The notes under the pieces: model-generated
Database searches by the model: none
Told to the model about the DNA's origin: nothing
Seen by the model: only the letters and a program-made list of their open reading frames with translations
Shown here: one piece after another, positions 23,845-39,544 of the stretch
Layout: each line of letters opens with the position of its first letter
Position numbering within the stretch: position 1 is the first letter of the stretch
From: Macrostomum lignano
Taxonomy: Eukaryota
Reading direction: 5' to 3'
NCBI GenBank assembly: GCA_002269645.1
Contig: NIVC01000461.1
Span: 186,001 to 250,000 of the forward strand
DNA length: 64,000 nt
Program-made: the position numbers and the translations under genes

Positions 23845-26017
23845 ATCTAGTCTCACCTGTCTAGTATCCAGTGTTACCTATGATCTATCTCACATCTAGT
23901 CTCACCTGTCTAGTATCCAGTGTTAACTATGATCTATCTCACATCTAGTCTCACCTGTCTAGTATCCAGTGTTAACTATGATCTATCTCAAATCTAGTCT
24001 CACCTGTCTAGTATCCAGTGTTAACTATGATCTATCTCAAATCTAGTCTCACCTGTCTAGTATCCAGTGTTAACTATGATCTATCTCACATCTAGTCTCA
24101 CCTGTCTAGTATCCAGTGTTAACTATGATCTATCTCACATCTAGTCTCACCTGTCTAGTATCCAGTGTTAACTATGATCTATCTCACATCTAGTCTCACC
24201 TGTCTAGTATCCAGTGTTAACTATGATCTATCTCACATCTAGTCTCACCTGTCTAGTATCCAGTGTTACCTATGATCTATCTCACATCTAGTCTCACCTG
24301 TCTAGTATCCAGTGTTACCTATGATCTATCTCACATCTAGTCTCACCTGTCTAGTATCCAGTGTTAACTATGATCTATCTCACATCTAGTCTCACCTGTC
24401 TAGTATCCAGTGTTAACTATGATCTATCTCACATCTAGTCTCACCTGTCTAGTATCCAGTGTTAACTATGATCTATCTCACATCTAGTCTCACCTGTCTA
24501 GTATCCAGTGTTACCTATGATCTATCTCACATCTAGTCTCACCTGTCTAGTATCCAGTGTTAACTATGATCTATCTCACATCTAGTCTCACCTGTCTAGT
24601 ATCCAGTGTTAACTATGATCTATCTCACATCTAGTCTCACCTGTCTAGTATCCAGTGTTAACTATGATCTATCTCACATCTAGTCTCACCTGTCTAGTAT
24701 CCAGTGTTAACTATGATCTATCTCACATCTAGTCTCACCTGTCTAGTATCCAGTGTTAACTATGATCTATCTCACATCTAGTCTCACCTGTCTAGTATCC
24801 AGTGTTAACTATGATCTATCTCACATCTAGTCTCACCTGTCTAGTATCCAGTGTTAACTATGATCTATCTCACATCTAGTCTCACCTGTCTAGTATCCAG
24901 TGTTAACTATGATCTATCTCACATCTAGTCTCACCTGTCTAGTATCCAGTGTTAACTATGATCTATCTCACATCTAGTCTCACCTGTCTAGTATCCAGTG
25001 TTAACTATGATCTATCTCACATCTAGTCTCACCTGTCTAGTATCCAGTGTTACCTATGATCTATCTCACATCTAGTCTCACCTGTCTAGTATCCAGTGTT
25101 AACTATGATCTATCTCACATCTAGTCTCACCTGTCTAGTATCCAGTGTTAACTATGATCTATCTCACATCTAGTCTCACCTGTCTAGTATCCAGTGTTAA
25201 CTATGATCTATCTCACATCTAGTCTCACCTGTCTAGTATCCAGTGTTAACTATGATCTATCTCACATCTAGTCTCACCTGTCTAGTATCCAGTGTTAACT
25301 ATGATCTATCTCACATCTAGTCTCACCTGTCTAGTATCCAGTGTTAACTATGATCTATCTCACATCTAGTCTCACCTGTCTAGTATCCAGTGTTAACTAT
25401 GATCTATCTCACATCTAGTCTCACCTGTCTAGTATCCAGTGTTACCTATGATTTATTTCAAATCTAGTCTCACCTGTCTAGTATCCAGTGTTACCTATGA
25501 TTTATTTCAAATCTAGTCTCACCTGTCTAGTATCCAGTGTTACCTATGATTTATTTCAAATCTAGTCTCACCTGTCTAGTATCCAGTGTTAACTATGATC
25601 TATCTCACATCTAGTCTCACCTGTCTAGTATCCAGTGTTAACTATGATCTATCTCACATCTAGTCTCACCTGTCTAGTATCCAGTGTTACCTATGATTTA
25701 TTTCAAATCTAGTCTCACCTGTCTAGTATCCAGTGTTACCTATGATTTATTTCAAATCTAGTCTCACCTGTCTAGTATCCAGTGTTACCTATGATTTATT
25801 TCAAATCTAGTCTCACCTGTCTAGTATCCAGTGTTAACTATGATCTATCTCACATCTAGTCTCACCTGTCTAGTATCCAGTGTTAACTATGATCTATCTC
25901 ACATCTAGTCTCACCTGTCTAGTATCCAGTGTTAACTATGATCTATCTAAAATCTAGTCTCACCTGTCTAGTATCCAGTGTTTACTCTGATCTCACATCT
26001 AGTCTCACCTGTCTAGC
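23845..26017. repeat. 49-bp satellite, ~44 highly homogeneous copies
   Basis: The unit is ATCTAGTCTCACCTGTCTAGTATCCAGTGTTAACTATGATCTATCTCAC. Confidence 0.97.
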
Positions 26018-26774
26018 ACATTTTTTTCTATTATTAATCAGATATACATATCTTCTAACTTGTCCATATGGAGTGTAATCTATATGTAAAAATCTAGTTT
26101 AAAGACTTAACCAGAAACTTTTAATCATCAGAATAACTTCAAAAATGCTTTTCTGTCACAATTTTTTTTCAAAAGAGCGCCCGGATTGGGAAAGCCGCAG
26201 TAAAACAAAATAAAACCGTTCGCCACAGTCACCGCGGACTCTTGGCCCATCAGCTCGAGCTCGGGCCGTATTTTGATAAATGCAAATTTTCTGTTACAAA
26301 TGAAATGCCAGCCCGGCTCGGAGGCAGGGAGAGGCCGGGGAGTTGTGAGAATTGGGTCTCCGCTGGCCTGCCTTCCAGCGGAGTCGAACCCTGGCTTCGC
26401 CCTCCTCTCCGGCCGCATTGCCGAATGGGGAGTTGCGTCTCATCTAGTTTAGTGACCGAAATGAGGAATCGGTCTGGGAAGTCTGCGGGAAAAGCCCCGT
26501 GACCAACAACTCCTAGCCTGTGTGGTCCCTCTGCATCTCATGGCGCGTGAGCAGTGCTCACTGAAGCTTCTCTTAGTACTGCCTCTTAGCTGTTTAATAT
26601 GTTAATGAAATATGAACTGACGGTCTCTCTTGCATTTTGTCGGTCATTTTTTACGCCTCCGATAATTGGCTTACAAATGTGCTGCCGAGAGATAGCAGCT
26701 GGGGATTAATAAAGAGAAACTCGGATGGGGATTTGAAGCCATTGTTAGAGTGAGATTGAATGCGAGAGTGCTAT

Positions 26775-26783
26775 TGAGAGAGG

Positions 26784-26833
<50 letters not shown>

Positions 26834-26837
26834 AAGA

Positions 26838-26896
<59 letters not shown>

Positions 26897-27339
26897 GGAG
26901 AGGGAGAGGGGGAGAGAGTGATAGAGAGTGATAGAGAGTGAGAGTGAGAGTGGGAGTGAGAATGAGAGTGAGAGTGAGAGGGAGAGGTAGAGAGAGTGAG
27001 AGTGAGAGGGAGAGTGAGAGGGAGAGTGAGAGTGAGAGTGAGAGAGAGTGAGAGTGAGAGAGAGTGAGAGTGAGAGAGAGAGTGAGAGTGAGAGAGAGTG
27101 AGAGTGAGTGAGAGTGAGAGTGAGAGAGAGTGAGAGTGAGAGAGAGTGAGAGAGAGAGAGAGTGAGAGTGAGAGAGAGTGAGAGTGAGAGAGAGTGAGAG
27201 TGAGAGTGAGAGAGAGTGAGAGTGAGAGAGAGTGAGAGTGAGAGAGAGTGAGAGTGAGAGAGAGCGAGAGTGAGAGAGAGTGAGAGTGAGAGAGAGCGAG
27301 AGTGAGAGAGAGTGAGAGTGAGAGAGAGTGAGAGTGAGA

Positions 27340-27379
<40 letters not shown>

Positions 27380-27410
27380 ATGAGAGGGAGAGAGAAGGAG
27401 AGAGAGAGAG
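26775..27410. repeat. (GAGAGT)n/(GA)n polypurine tract
   Basis: Directly visible. Confidence 0.95.
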
Positions 27411-28664
27411 AGTAGGAGTTGCTGGCTGCAGATGAAGGTGAGTGAAGGGGAGTGAAAGAGTGACAATGAGACAGTAGATAACAACTGTAAGCGAGTTGCG
27501 CCACCACGCGGCGCCATCTTTGAAAAAATCAAAGCCCCTCCCCTCAGGCCGCCCGAGCTGACAGGCAGGGTCTGTCGAGAGTCCCGGGGAAGCGGACGAC
27601 CTGCGGCTAGTAAGGGAAAATCAATTTCCTCTTATCGGCCGGACCGCCGCCGCAGTCCCCAGCTGGATTTGGCGAGTGGCTCTCGAAAACTCTTTTATTT
27701 TCTTTTGGTTTCTGTAGTTAGGGGCTGGAGGGGGGTTGGGGGCTGAAGTCTCAATCACGGGGACCGGAGCCAATTTGCTTCTAGGAGGATACAGAAAAAG
27801 AGAGAGAGAGAGAGCGCGTCTTCCCGCCATATCGATGGGATATTGCAGGGTGACTCGGCCTGGCCCGCGAGTAACTTTGTGAAAAATTCCCAATCCTCAG
27901 TATTCTGTATCCGGCCGGGATTTTCTGCGGCTCCTGGAGGAGGGGAGACAGCCCCCCCCCAATCAAATTTGGCGCCAAGTTGAGATGAAGCTCTATTTCT
28001 GCTCAAACTTTTCCTAGTAGTAGAGCTGAATCAACTTCAATAGATTGCTTCGGCGTAGTATCTTGTTCTCTGCTTCCGACTCTGCGGCCAAATAGTTTTT
28101 TCTATACATATCGGCATAGCCGACTTAGCTAGTGGAATGCCTTACCCTACCTTGGGAAAAAAGTGCATTGGCCACGATGAGTTGAAGTGAAAAAATTATG
28201 CCCTCATTTATCTACAATTCAGGCACTGCAATTCAGGCATCCGTTGATTCCCGCGGATAATACTGTGGAGTAGCCAAACTGAAGCAGGAAGACTGGCAGT
28301 TCCTATTGTAGGCATCGCAGAGACTGCTGAGGTGGAGCCTGAGAGGACAGGTGTTGAAAATAATTGACAGGTGTGCCAGGGTCAAATTTCAATTTTTTTC
28401 TGCTCCCGCGACAGATAGGATTGACAGGTGCACCACAGGTATTCTCTGAAGGCGTCTTCAATTAGTACAGTTTCTATTTTTTGCTGAGTTACAACCCTTG
28501 AGCACACTGCTTACCTGTTCGGTGACTGAAGTCTGGGATGAGCCAATATCTCTTTGTCAGCTGGGCGGTTCCTGGCGGCCGTGGCAGCGTCTCCCAGTCT
28601 GAAATGTTTTACACCGGTTCCGGAATTGTTGCTTCAATCTGGCACCTGAATCAATGCTATTGGA

Positions 28665-29995
28665 GCACCCTCATTCTCAGCATCCTCATCCTCATTCTCA
28701 GCATCCTCATCCTCATTCTCAGCATCCTCACCCTCATTCTCAGCATCCTCATCCTCATTCTCAGTATCATCACTCTCAGCATCCTCATCCTCATTCTAAG
28801 CATCCTCATCCTCATTCTCAGTATCATCACTCTCAGCATCCTCATCCTCATTCTCAGCATCCTCATCCTCATTCTAAGCATCCTCATCCTCATTCTCAGT
28901 ATCCTCATTCTCAGCATCCGCATCCTCATTCTCAGCATCCTCACTCTCAGCATCCTCATTCTCAGCATCCTCACTCTCAGCATCTTCACTTTCAGCATCC
29001 TCATTCTCGGCATCCTCATTCGCGAAATCCTCATTCTCAGCATCCTCATCCTCATTCTCAGTATCATCATCCTCATTCTCAGTATCCTCATTCTCATTCT
29101 CAGTATCATCATCCTCATTCTCAGTATCCTCATCCTCATTCTCAGTATCCTCATTCTCAGTATCCTCATCCTCATTCGCGAAATCCTCATTCTCAGCATC
29201 CTCATCCTCATTCTCAGTATCATCATCCTCATTCTCAGTATCCTCATCCTCATTCTCAGTATCCTCATTCTCAGCATCCTCATCCTCATTCTCAGCATCC
29301 TCACTCTCAGCATCCTCATTCTCAGCATCCTCACTCTCAGCATCTTCACTTTCAGCATCCTCATTCTCGGCATCCTCATTCGCGAAGTCCTCATTCTCAG
29401 CATCCTCATCCTCATTCTCAGTATCATCATCCTCATTCTCAGTATCATCACTCTCAGCATCCTCATCCTCATTCTAAGCATCCTCATCCTCATTCTCAGT
29501 ATCATCACTCTCAGCATCCTCATCCTCATTCTCAGTATCCTCATTCTCAGCATCCTCATCCTCATTCTCAGCATCCTCATTCTCAGCATCCTCACTCTCA
29601 GCATCCTCATCCTCATTCTCAGCATCCTCATTCTCAGCATCCTCATCCTCATTCTCAGCATCCTCATTCTCAGCATCCTCACTCTCAGCATCCTCATCCT
29701 CATTCTCAGCATCCTCATTCTCAGCATCCTCATTCTCAGCATCCTCATCCTCATTCTCAGCATCCTTATTCTCAGCATCCTCATTCTCGGCATCCTCATT
29801 CTCAGCATCCTCACTCTCAGCATCATCACTCTCAGCATCCTCATTCTCGGCATCCTCATTCGCGAAATCCTCACTCTCAGCATCATCACTCTCAGCATCA
29901 TCACTCTCAGCATCATCACTCTCAGCATCCTCATTCTAGGTATCCTCATTCGCGACATTCACATTCTCAGCATCAATCATTCTCAGCATCATCAG
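28665..29995. repeat. Mixed 15/21-bp minisatellite (CATCCTCATTCTCAG / CATCCTCATCCTCATTCTCAG)
   Basis: Directly visible. It contains a 360-bp higher-order duplication (marker at 28981 and 29341). Confidence 0.95.
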
Positions 29996-30577
29996 CCTCA
30001 ACGGTGCACGGTTCCCGGGAGCACTCCAAAAATGGCACTGCATCTCAGCCGGGTTAATCTGCTAACTTTAGGACAAAATGAGGAACTTGGGAATTACTCC
30101 CAGTTCGAGGACTGATTCGAACTTACGCAGCTCAAGCTTGGAGAGTTATACGATTTCAAGGGTTGTTAAGTCACAAAGTTTGCTGAGCTGGGGTCAGTGG
30201 AGCAAAATCTGAGCTGATTCGCTTGTTATTGAAGATGAGGACCAGCATCTCACCATGCTCGAGCCGAGCTCGAGGCCAAGTTACCATGCACTGATGTGAT
30301 TAGGGCCACCCAGAACTCATTAGAATGCTGCTTCTCTCCCTTTCTACCCGGCCTGAATCTCTCCAAAGTACCTCCACTCCTCTTTCTCAATGCAACTGCC
30401 TCCCCCAGGTCTCATGATGACGGGGAGAGTTCACTCATAGAGCTCACATGAGTGGCTCAAGTCTCAATTGACACTTCGTCAGTTCTTTTTACTGTCAATT
30501 CGATTAGGAACGACGGAGTTAATTTCGAATTCTTCTAAGAGTCAGAAGGACTACTGTCTGCTAAAAAAAGGTCTGTG

Positions 30578-30787
30578 GTCAGGGACTCGGTGGACAGTCT
30601 CAGTGAGGACTGGGACTCGGTGGACAGTCTCAATGAGATGACTGGGACTCGGTGGACAGTCTCAGTGAGGACTGGGACTCGGTGGACAGTCTCAGTGAGA
30701 TGTCTGGGACTCGGTGGACAGTCTCAGTGTGATTACTGGGACTCGGTGGACAGTCTCAGTGAGATCACTGGGACTCGGTGGACAGTC
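30578..30787. repeat. ~30-32-bp minisatellite, ~7 copies
   Basis: The core is GGGACTCGGTGGACAGTCTCAGTGAG. Confidence 0.9.
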
Positions 30788-31440
30788 CAAAATCGAATCT
30801 GTAAAGTACTTGAGCACAATAGCATAGTACAAACTAGAATCCCCAAGGCTGGTACTCATATTTTATCCCAGCATAGTGCACACCAGTGCAATGGCAGCTG
30901 CTTTCCTAATGAACCTCGTTAGACTCTGGGGTGGAAGGAGGGCGGTGGCGCTCGATACAGGCATGACAAGGTAGGGAAATGGGGTGGGGTGGAAATCCCG
31001 AAGAGGGTCCACCAGACTCGCCCGATTTCATTATGATGAAGCTGAATCCCCCCAGTTTCAGCCTCCCGAAACACCAAGCGCCATTTTAAAACCTCAGACT
31101 AAACTTCGGAGTCGATCCCGGGCACTCCAAGAAGTTCTCTAAGATGCTCGTAAACTCGTAAGCATATGCGAGAGACCTACTGTAGGTCTAAAAAATTCTT
31201 TCTAACTGTTCTCAACCAAAAGCCGAAAAATTTCCTAAATAAAAACTATCTTCTATCGAAAGATTCTTAGAAGCAGGAGTGTGAGAAGAGAAAGGAAGTT
31301 CATTTGGCTGTTGGATGTGAGGGCAGATTGAGGTTTATGGGGACATTAAACTGGGGATAATTGCCTCTGCGGAGTCAGCGCCTCGCAAAGCCTACCCGGT
31401 ATATCAGGGGAGCTCAGCGGCTTTGCGTTCTTGCCTTTGA

Positions 31441-32810
<1,370 letters not shown>

Positions 32811-33689
32811 ATAAAACTCTTCAATGGACGTCAAATTTGAACTTTCAGGGCAAATTCATTAGCAGCAATTCATGTGCTAAACTTGCTGCTGTTCCAGTCT
32901 GAGGGGCTGGCTAAAGTGCATAAACTTCAATCTATTCTGTTCTGAAAAAAGCAGAAGAGTTATAGCACAGCTGGCTGCCACCCCGCTGGGCAGAAGCTGT
33001 GTTCCTTGACTTCGAAATGGCTTTCTATAGTTCTATGAAGAAGTGTTAAAATTCACAGTTCCCAGAGTTGCAGTCTGTCACCAGATCTATCTATGCATAT
33101 AGGGAGTGATGTTAAGGTCCTGTTTCTAGTATCAGGCTCATATTTGCTGCACTCCCAGCTCAAGAGTGCTCTCAGCACTGACTTGTAATACGCAGCGAGG
33201 CGTAAACCGACAGAGGGGCACCTGGTCACTAATGCCCCCTCGGCTAACTATCCCCTTCGATATTGCTCTGTGCCTCTTTCCAGCTGGCTGCTAACTTGAC
33301 CGTGAAATTCAGCGCTTAATCACGCAAAACGCTTCGGCAACCGCGGGAGAAAAATGGAGGAGCAGGGGGAGGGGGGGCAGTTGTCCCCCTCCCGTTTTGT
33401 CACTCGGGACCCGAAATTCCTCAGGAAGGGGGTCAGTTTAATAATAAGATCCCTGGATGTTCAGGCCCGGCTTCCGTTCTGATGTCAGAATTGCGTTCGA
33501 GTCACGCACGGCGCCACGGACAGAGGCTGCAACGGCGACTTCGCTTGATTGACAGGTGGCTGATGCGTCCCAGCTTCCACCGGTTTTTTGGGTTGGGATT
33601 TTCCTCCCATCGTCTGGATGAGAGTCAGCACCGATCTGGTAATAGATTCTCCCATCATCACCATCCTCATCCTTCTGACACTATCATAA

Positions 33690-33808
33690 CCGTCATCACA
33701 ATAGGCATCACCATCATCATCATCATCATCACCAAAATCATCATCACCATCATCATTATCATCATCATAACCATCATCATCATCATCATCATCATCATCA
33801 TTATCACC

Positions 33809-33842
<34 letters not shown>

Positions 33843-33910
33843 CCAAAATTATCATCATCATCATCATCATCACCAAAATTATCATCATCATCATCATCAT
33901 CACCAAAATT

Positions 33911-33995
<85 letters not shown>

Positions 33996-34003
33996 CCAAA
34001 ATT

Positions 34004-34080
<77 letters not shown>

Positions 34081-34081
34081 T
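33690..34081. repeat. (CAT)n microsatellite with CACCAAAATTAT interruptions
   Basis: Directly visible. It is the source of the poly-D, poly-M and poly-I ORFs. Confidence 0.97.
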
Positions 34082-34559
34082 AAATCTCATTGGTAAGGAG
34101 CACACGGCTCCACCAACTGTTCTCTCTATCTTCATCCATGCCTACTGCAGCCCCTTGTGCTCAATTTGCTTGAATAGGAGGCCTACTTTATTGCGAGTCT
34201 CTCCCGCCTCATTCTCTGGCTCAACTGATCGATGGCTTTTGAACCGCCGCCGGGTGGCAATCGCACCGGAACTCTTGGCGATAAAAATTTATGACTGCCG
34301 CTGTACAGCCAGGTGCAGCTAAAGTGCCTTGTGGCTCTATTGAATGAGATTGAGACTGGAGTACCTGGCTTATTAGGGCACTGCTGGCATTTGAGGAGTG
34401 AAGGGGAGAGTCTTAGTACGACTGCGGTTACAGTGCGCTTCGTTGAGGAAATATATTCATGGCTGCATGCTTCATCATAGTGTACAGCTCAGTAAAGAGA
34501 TGCGAGACTAAGGCGATAGAATGACAGATATATTAAATGCATGTGCTCATACAAATATA

Positions 34560-35220
<661 letters not shown>

Positions 35221-35734
35221 TTTGCTGAGATCAAATTGCTCACCAACTCTTGTCGTAGTGCATTCTTTCTGGGCCAGCAAATTCGTTAAAAGTATCTTTC
35301 AAGCTTTCTCTTATAAACGCCCTTGTTGCCAAATTGACTTCCGCACAAGAAGCTGAGCAGAGTCTTTGTCCAGCGTCCTTGAACTGATAGCCGTCAGTTA
35401 GAATATGTTGGAAGGCAAAAGAAGAGAAGCTGCTGAGAAGGCCAACTGATGGCGGGATAGCAGTAGCGAGTATTGCCGAGGCGCAAAAAAGCAGAGCATT
35501 GCAGCCAGTTGGGGGGGATTGAATGCCGCAGTGCCCAATGGACTAGCGCCTGCAGGCTCAGCCAATGGGAGGCCTCCCCTCTGGCCTTCACATTTTCTCC
35601 TTTTTGTCGCACAATTTTATTATCCATTCTGATAGCTAACATGAAAAATTCATTTGAACTGTTGCTTAGAAAATTCTTTTTGAAAAAATTGGCTCGTCTT
35701 TTTTGTATGCTTGGGAGAAACGGAAAGGCTGTAA

Positions 35735-36252
35735 TAGTCATTGCAGTCTCCCACCGGTCATGAGATGAGTCATTGCAGTCTCCCACCGGTCATGAGATGA
35801 GTCATTGCAGTCTCCCACCAGTTATGAGATGAGTCATTGCAGTCTCCCACCGGTCATGAGATGAGTCATTGCAGTCACCTACCGGCCATGAGATGAGTCA
35901 TTGCAGTCTCCCACCAGTTATGAGATGAGTCATTGCAGTCTCCCACCGGTCATGAGATGAGTCATTGCAGTCACCTACCGGTCATGAGATGAGTCATTGC
36001 AGTCTCCCACCAGTTATGAGATGAGTCATTGCAGTCTCCCACCGGTCATGAGATGAGTCATTGCAATCTCCCACCGGTCATGAGATGAGTCATTGCAGTC
36101 TCCCACCGGTCATGAGATGAGTCATTGCAGTCACCTACCGGCCATGAGATGAGTCATTGCAGTCTCCCACCGGTCATGAGATGAGTCATTGCAGTCACCT
36201 ACCGGCCATGAGATGAGTCATTGCAATCTCCCACCGGTTATGGGATGAGTCA
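35735..36252. repeat. 32-bp minisatellite, ~16 copies, each with ATGAGTCAT
   Basis: The unit is GTCATTGCAGTCTCCCACCGGTCATGAGATGA. Confidence 0.95.
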
Positions 36253-37117
36253 TCACATATCAGGAGAATAGAGTGGGCAGTCAGAGTCGAAGGTACAGCA
36301 GAGGTGCGGCTGTCCTATCAGCTGATTCGCACCTCTGTGGCTATCAATCAGTCAATCAGAGCTGAGTGTGGGAGAAGCTGCACTGCCGTTAATGGGTCTC
36401 CCGGCACACTTTAGCTCTGTATGAGCACTTGGCACTGAGCCACTGCACTAGTCAGCATAATTGCTAATGGACTAGCTCACTGGGGCTACCGCTTATCAAT
36501 ATTAAGTAGTAAGAACTGAGTAAGGTAAAGGGAATAAACATTAGGAAGGCCGGGTGAGGGAGAGAGTGCAGATGACCTTGGTTGGCCAAACCCTCCTGCA
36601 GAAGTTCGCAATTACCGTTGCCCGAAGCTTGACGACCGCGGCCTCGGGCCGGAGCCGGCAGACTGCCATCGACACAGCCACGCCGGCCCTTTTATGTATT
36701 GCATATATGCAAGTATTTTTAAAAAACATTTTTTACTCCCCTCAAAGGCAGGCTGGCGTGAGGGGATCCGGGCGAATCGCGAGCAGAAACTGGAAGGAAC
36801 TCAACTCAATTAGCAATGAGAGCAGATGGCGAATGCCGATCGTAAAATAGGTTTATTCTTGTGTCTCAGTTGATCATCTGGCATTGTAAATTTATTTATA
36901 TGGATGAGTTTCTAGCTAAGCAAATGCATAACAGTGCAGATATTTCACATTGTGGAGTGCTGCTGAGACAGCGCCTAGGACTTCTAAGATTCGCTACACT
37001 TGGAATGGAAGGCAAAGTATTTGAAGGCCGATTTATTGTCACAGTGTGCATTAGCGAGGTTTGCGACATGTCGCCTTTCCAGTGCTTAGCACAACTACAG
37101 CATTTTTGTCTCATCTG

Positions 37118-38130
37118 TGACAGCCTCAGTCTAGTGTGTGTGACAGCCTCAGTCTAGTGTGTGTGACAGCCTCAGTCTAGTGTGTGTGACAGCCTCAGTC
37201 TAGTGTGTGTGACAGCCTCAGTCTAGTGTGTGTGACAGTCTCAGTCTAGTGTGTGTGACAGCCTCAGTCGATTGTGTGTGACAGCCTCAGTCTAGTGTGT
37301 GTGACAGCCTCAGTCTAGTGTGTGTGACAGCCTCAGTCTAGTGTGTGTGACAGCCTCAGTCTAGTGTGTGTGACAGCCTCAGTCGATTGTGTGTGACAGC
37401 CTCAGTCTAGTGTGTGTGACAGCCTCAGTCGATTGTGTGTGACAGCCTCAGTCTAGTGTGTGTGACAGCCTCAGTCGATTGTGTGTGACAGCCTCAGTCT
37501 ACTGTGTGTGACAGCCTCAATCTAGTGTGTGTGACAGCCTCAATCTAGTGTGTGTGACAGCCTCAGTCTAGTGTGTGTGACAGCCTCAGTCGATTGTGTG
37601 TGACAGCCTCAGTCTAGTGTGTGTGACAGCCTCAGTCGATTGTGTGTGACAGCCTCAGTCTAGTGTGTGTGACAGCCTCAGTCGATTGTGTGTGACAGCC
37701 TCAGTATAGTGTGTGTGACAGCCTCAGTCTACTGTGTGTGACAGCCTCAGTCGATTGTGTGTGACAGCCTCAGTCTAGTGTGTGTGACAGCCTCAGTCTA
37801 GTGTGTGACAGCCTCAGTCTAGTGTGTGTGACAGCCTCAGTCTAGTGTGTGTGACAGCCTCAGTCTAGTGTGTGTGACAGCCTCAGTCTAGTGTGTGTGA
37901 CAGCCTCAGTCGATTGTGTGTGACAGCCTCAGTCGATTGTGTGTGACAGCCTCAGTCGATTGTGTGTGATAGCCTCAGTCTAGTGTGTGACAGCCTCAGT
38001 ATAGTGTGTGTGACAGCCTCAGTATAGTGTGTGTGACAGCCTCAGTATAGTGTGTGTGACAGCCTCAGTCTAGTGTGTGTGACAGCCTCAGTCTAGTGTG
38101 TGACAGCCTCAGTATAGTGTGTGTGACAGC
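37118..38130. repeat. 23-bp minisatellite, ~44 copies
   Basis: The unit is GTGACAGCCTCAGTCTAGTGTGT. Confidence 0.96.
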
Positions 38131-38749
38131 CTTAGTTACTCAAATCCAGTTTCTGTTTACAAGCAATTGCAGACTCGAGGCGCGTGACTGGGCGCCTAAA
38201 AAGTACTTTTTCATGCCAGCTCAGATTTGGTGTGAAACCCTTCAGCTCAGCGCTTGACCGAGCCTTTGACGCTGGCCAGATCCCAGTGACAAGCAGATCA
38301 GGCTCCAGGGTCAGGAGCACTGGTCTCCGAGAACCCCCCCCCCTCGCCCCGATTCCTAATCCCTCCTGGAGAGCATCGTCGTCTTCATCGCGTCGTTCCA
38401 TCTTGAGGATTTAGATGGAATCGCTGCGAGGACTGGGTTGGCAACTGAGATGAGGGAGGAGGCTGAGAGGAAGGGGATTCAAGTTTGTGGCCTTCGGTTC
38501 CATGCTGCTGGCTAATTAAAATATTCATCAGAGTGTGCGAATCCCTCAGGCTGGCTGATTCTTCCTAAGCTTTGACTCCTCACCGTACGGGAGAGGAGAG
38601 GGGAGCAGAGAAATTGATGAGGCTGAGAGCTGTCTGCGTCTTTATTTAAGGAGAACTCGAAAGGAATGTGGCTTTTTGCAAGCTGCAGCAGCCTGCCATC
38701 AAGCTAGCACCCATTGTTCACTTTGTAAGGCTTGCATGACGACTCATCT

Positions 38750-38990
38750 GAAAATTTAATGACTCATTGGTGTATCTGATGACTCATTGATTAATTTAAT
38801 TACTTATTAATTGATCTGATGACTTATTTTTGATCTAATGACTCATTGGTTAATCTAATGACTGATTAGTTGACTTTCTATGACTCATTGGTTGATTCTA
38901 TGACTCATTGGTTGATTTTTATGACTCGTCGGTTAATGTGACGACTCTCGTCAATCGCGATGTGACTACGAACTATGACTCATTGCATAA
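38750..38990. repeat. Degenerate ~20-bp repeat centred on ATGACTCATTGG
   Basis: About 6 exact ATGACTCAT copies plus diverged copies. Confidence 0.75.
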
Positions 38991-39544
38991 TTATTTATGA
39001 CTTAATATACTCTCCCGCACATTCTGGGACTTTCGCATACCTGAATAAAGAGACTCACAAAGATTATGGCTGCCAATATGAATCTGAATTACAGTAGATT
39101 TACTCGAAGCATTTCAAAGCCTGCACAATACAGCTGAAATTAAGCAGTTTTTATTGCGACAATCGGAAATTCATTTTTATTGCATTGCCCTGATTAGGCG
39201 AGCACCCGGCGGACTGTTTTATATTGAGCAGCACCTTGCGCCATGCCGTCAGCAGTCGAACAATTAAGTTGGTGCTCTGCAGGCATGAATGGAATTTAAC
39301 TGCCGTGAGGCGATCAATGCGCTGGCAATAAAAAGCAGACTGAATAGGATTAGCATATCTGCGATTTTTATTTTTTGGCGCCTGTTGTCTTGCAGTTTGG
39401 CAGCAAATTGGCAGACTTGCCAACTGAAATCGCACCGCTAGCAACTAAATTGGCATCCATAGCAACCGAATTTCTCTTCTCAAACAACCGATTAGCATTG
39501 TTAGCAATAAAATGTGCACTTTATGGAAACTAAATTGGAAGTCC

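Noticed and set aside
23845-26017. CRISPR-like appearance of regular 20-50-bp arrays (here and elsewhere)
   Set aside because: Units are head-to-tail with no unique spacers, there are no cas genes, and the context is eukaryotic.
28538-30115. His/Pro/Gln-rich, Ile/Leu-rich and Met/Arg-rich long ORFs
   Set aside because: Three frames are open only because the repeat lacks stops. There is no domain, splice context or coding-like composition.
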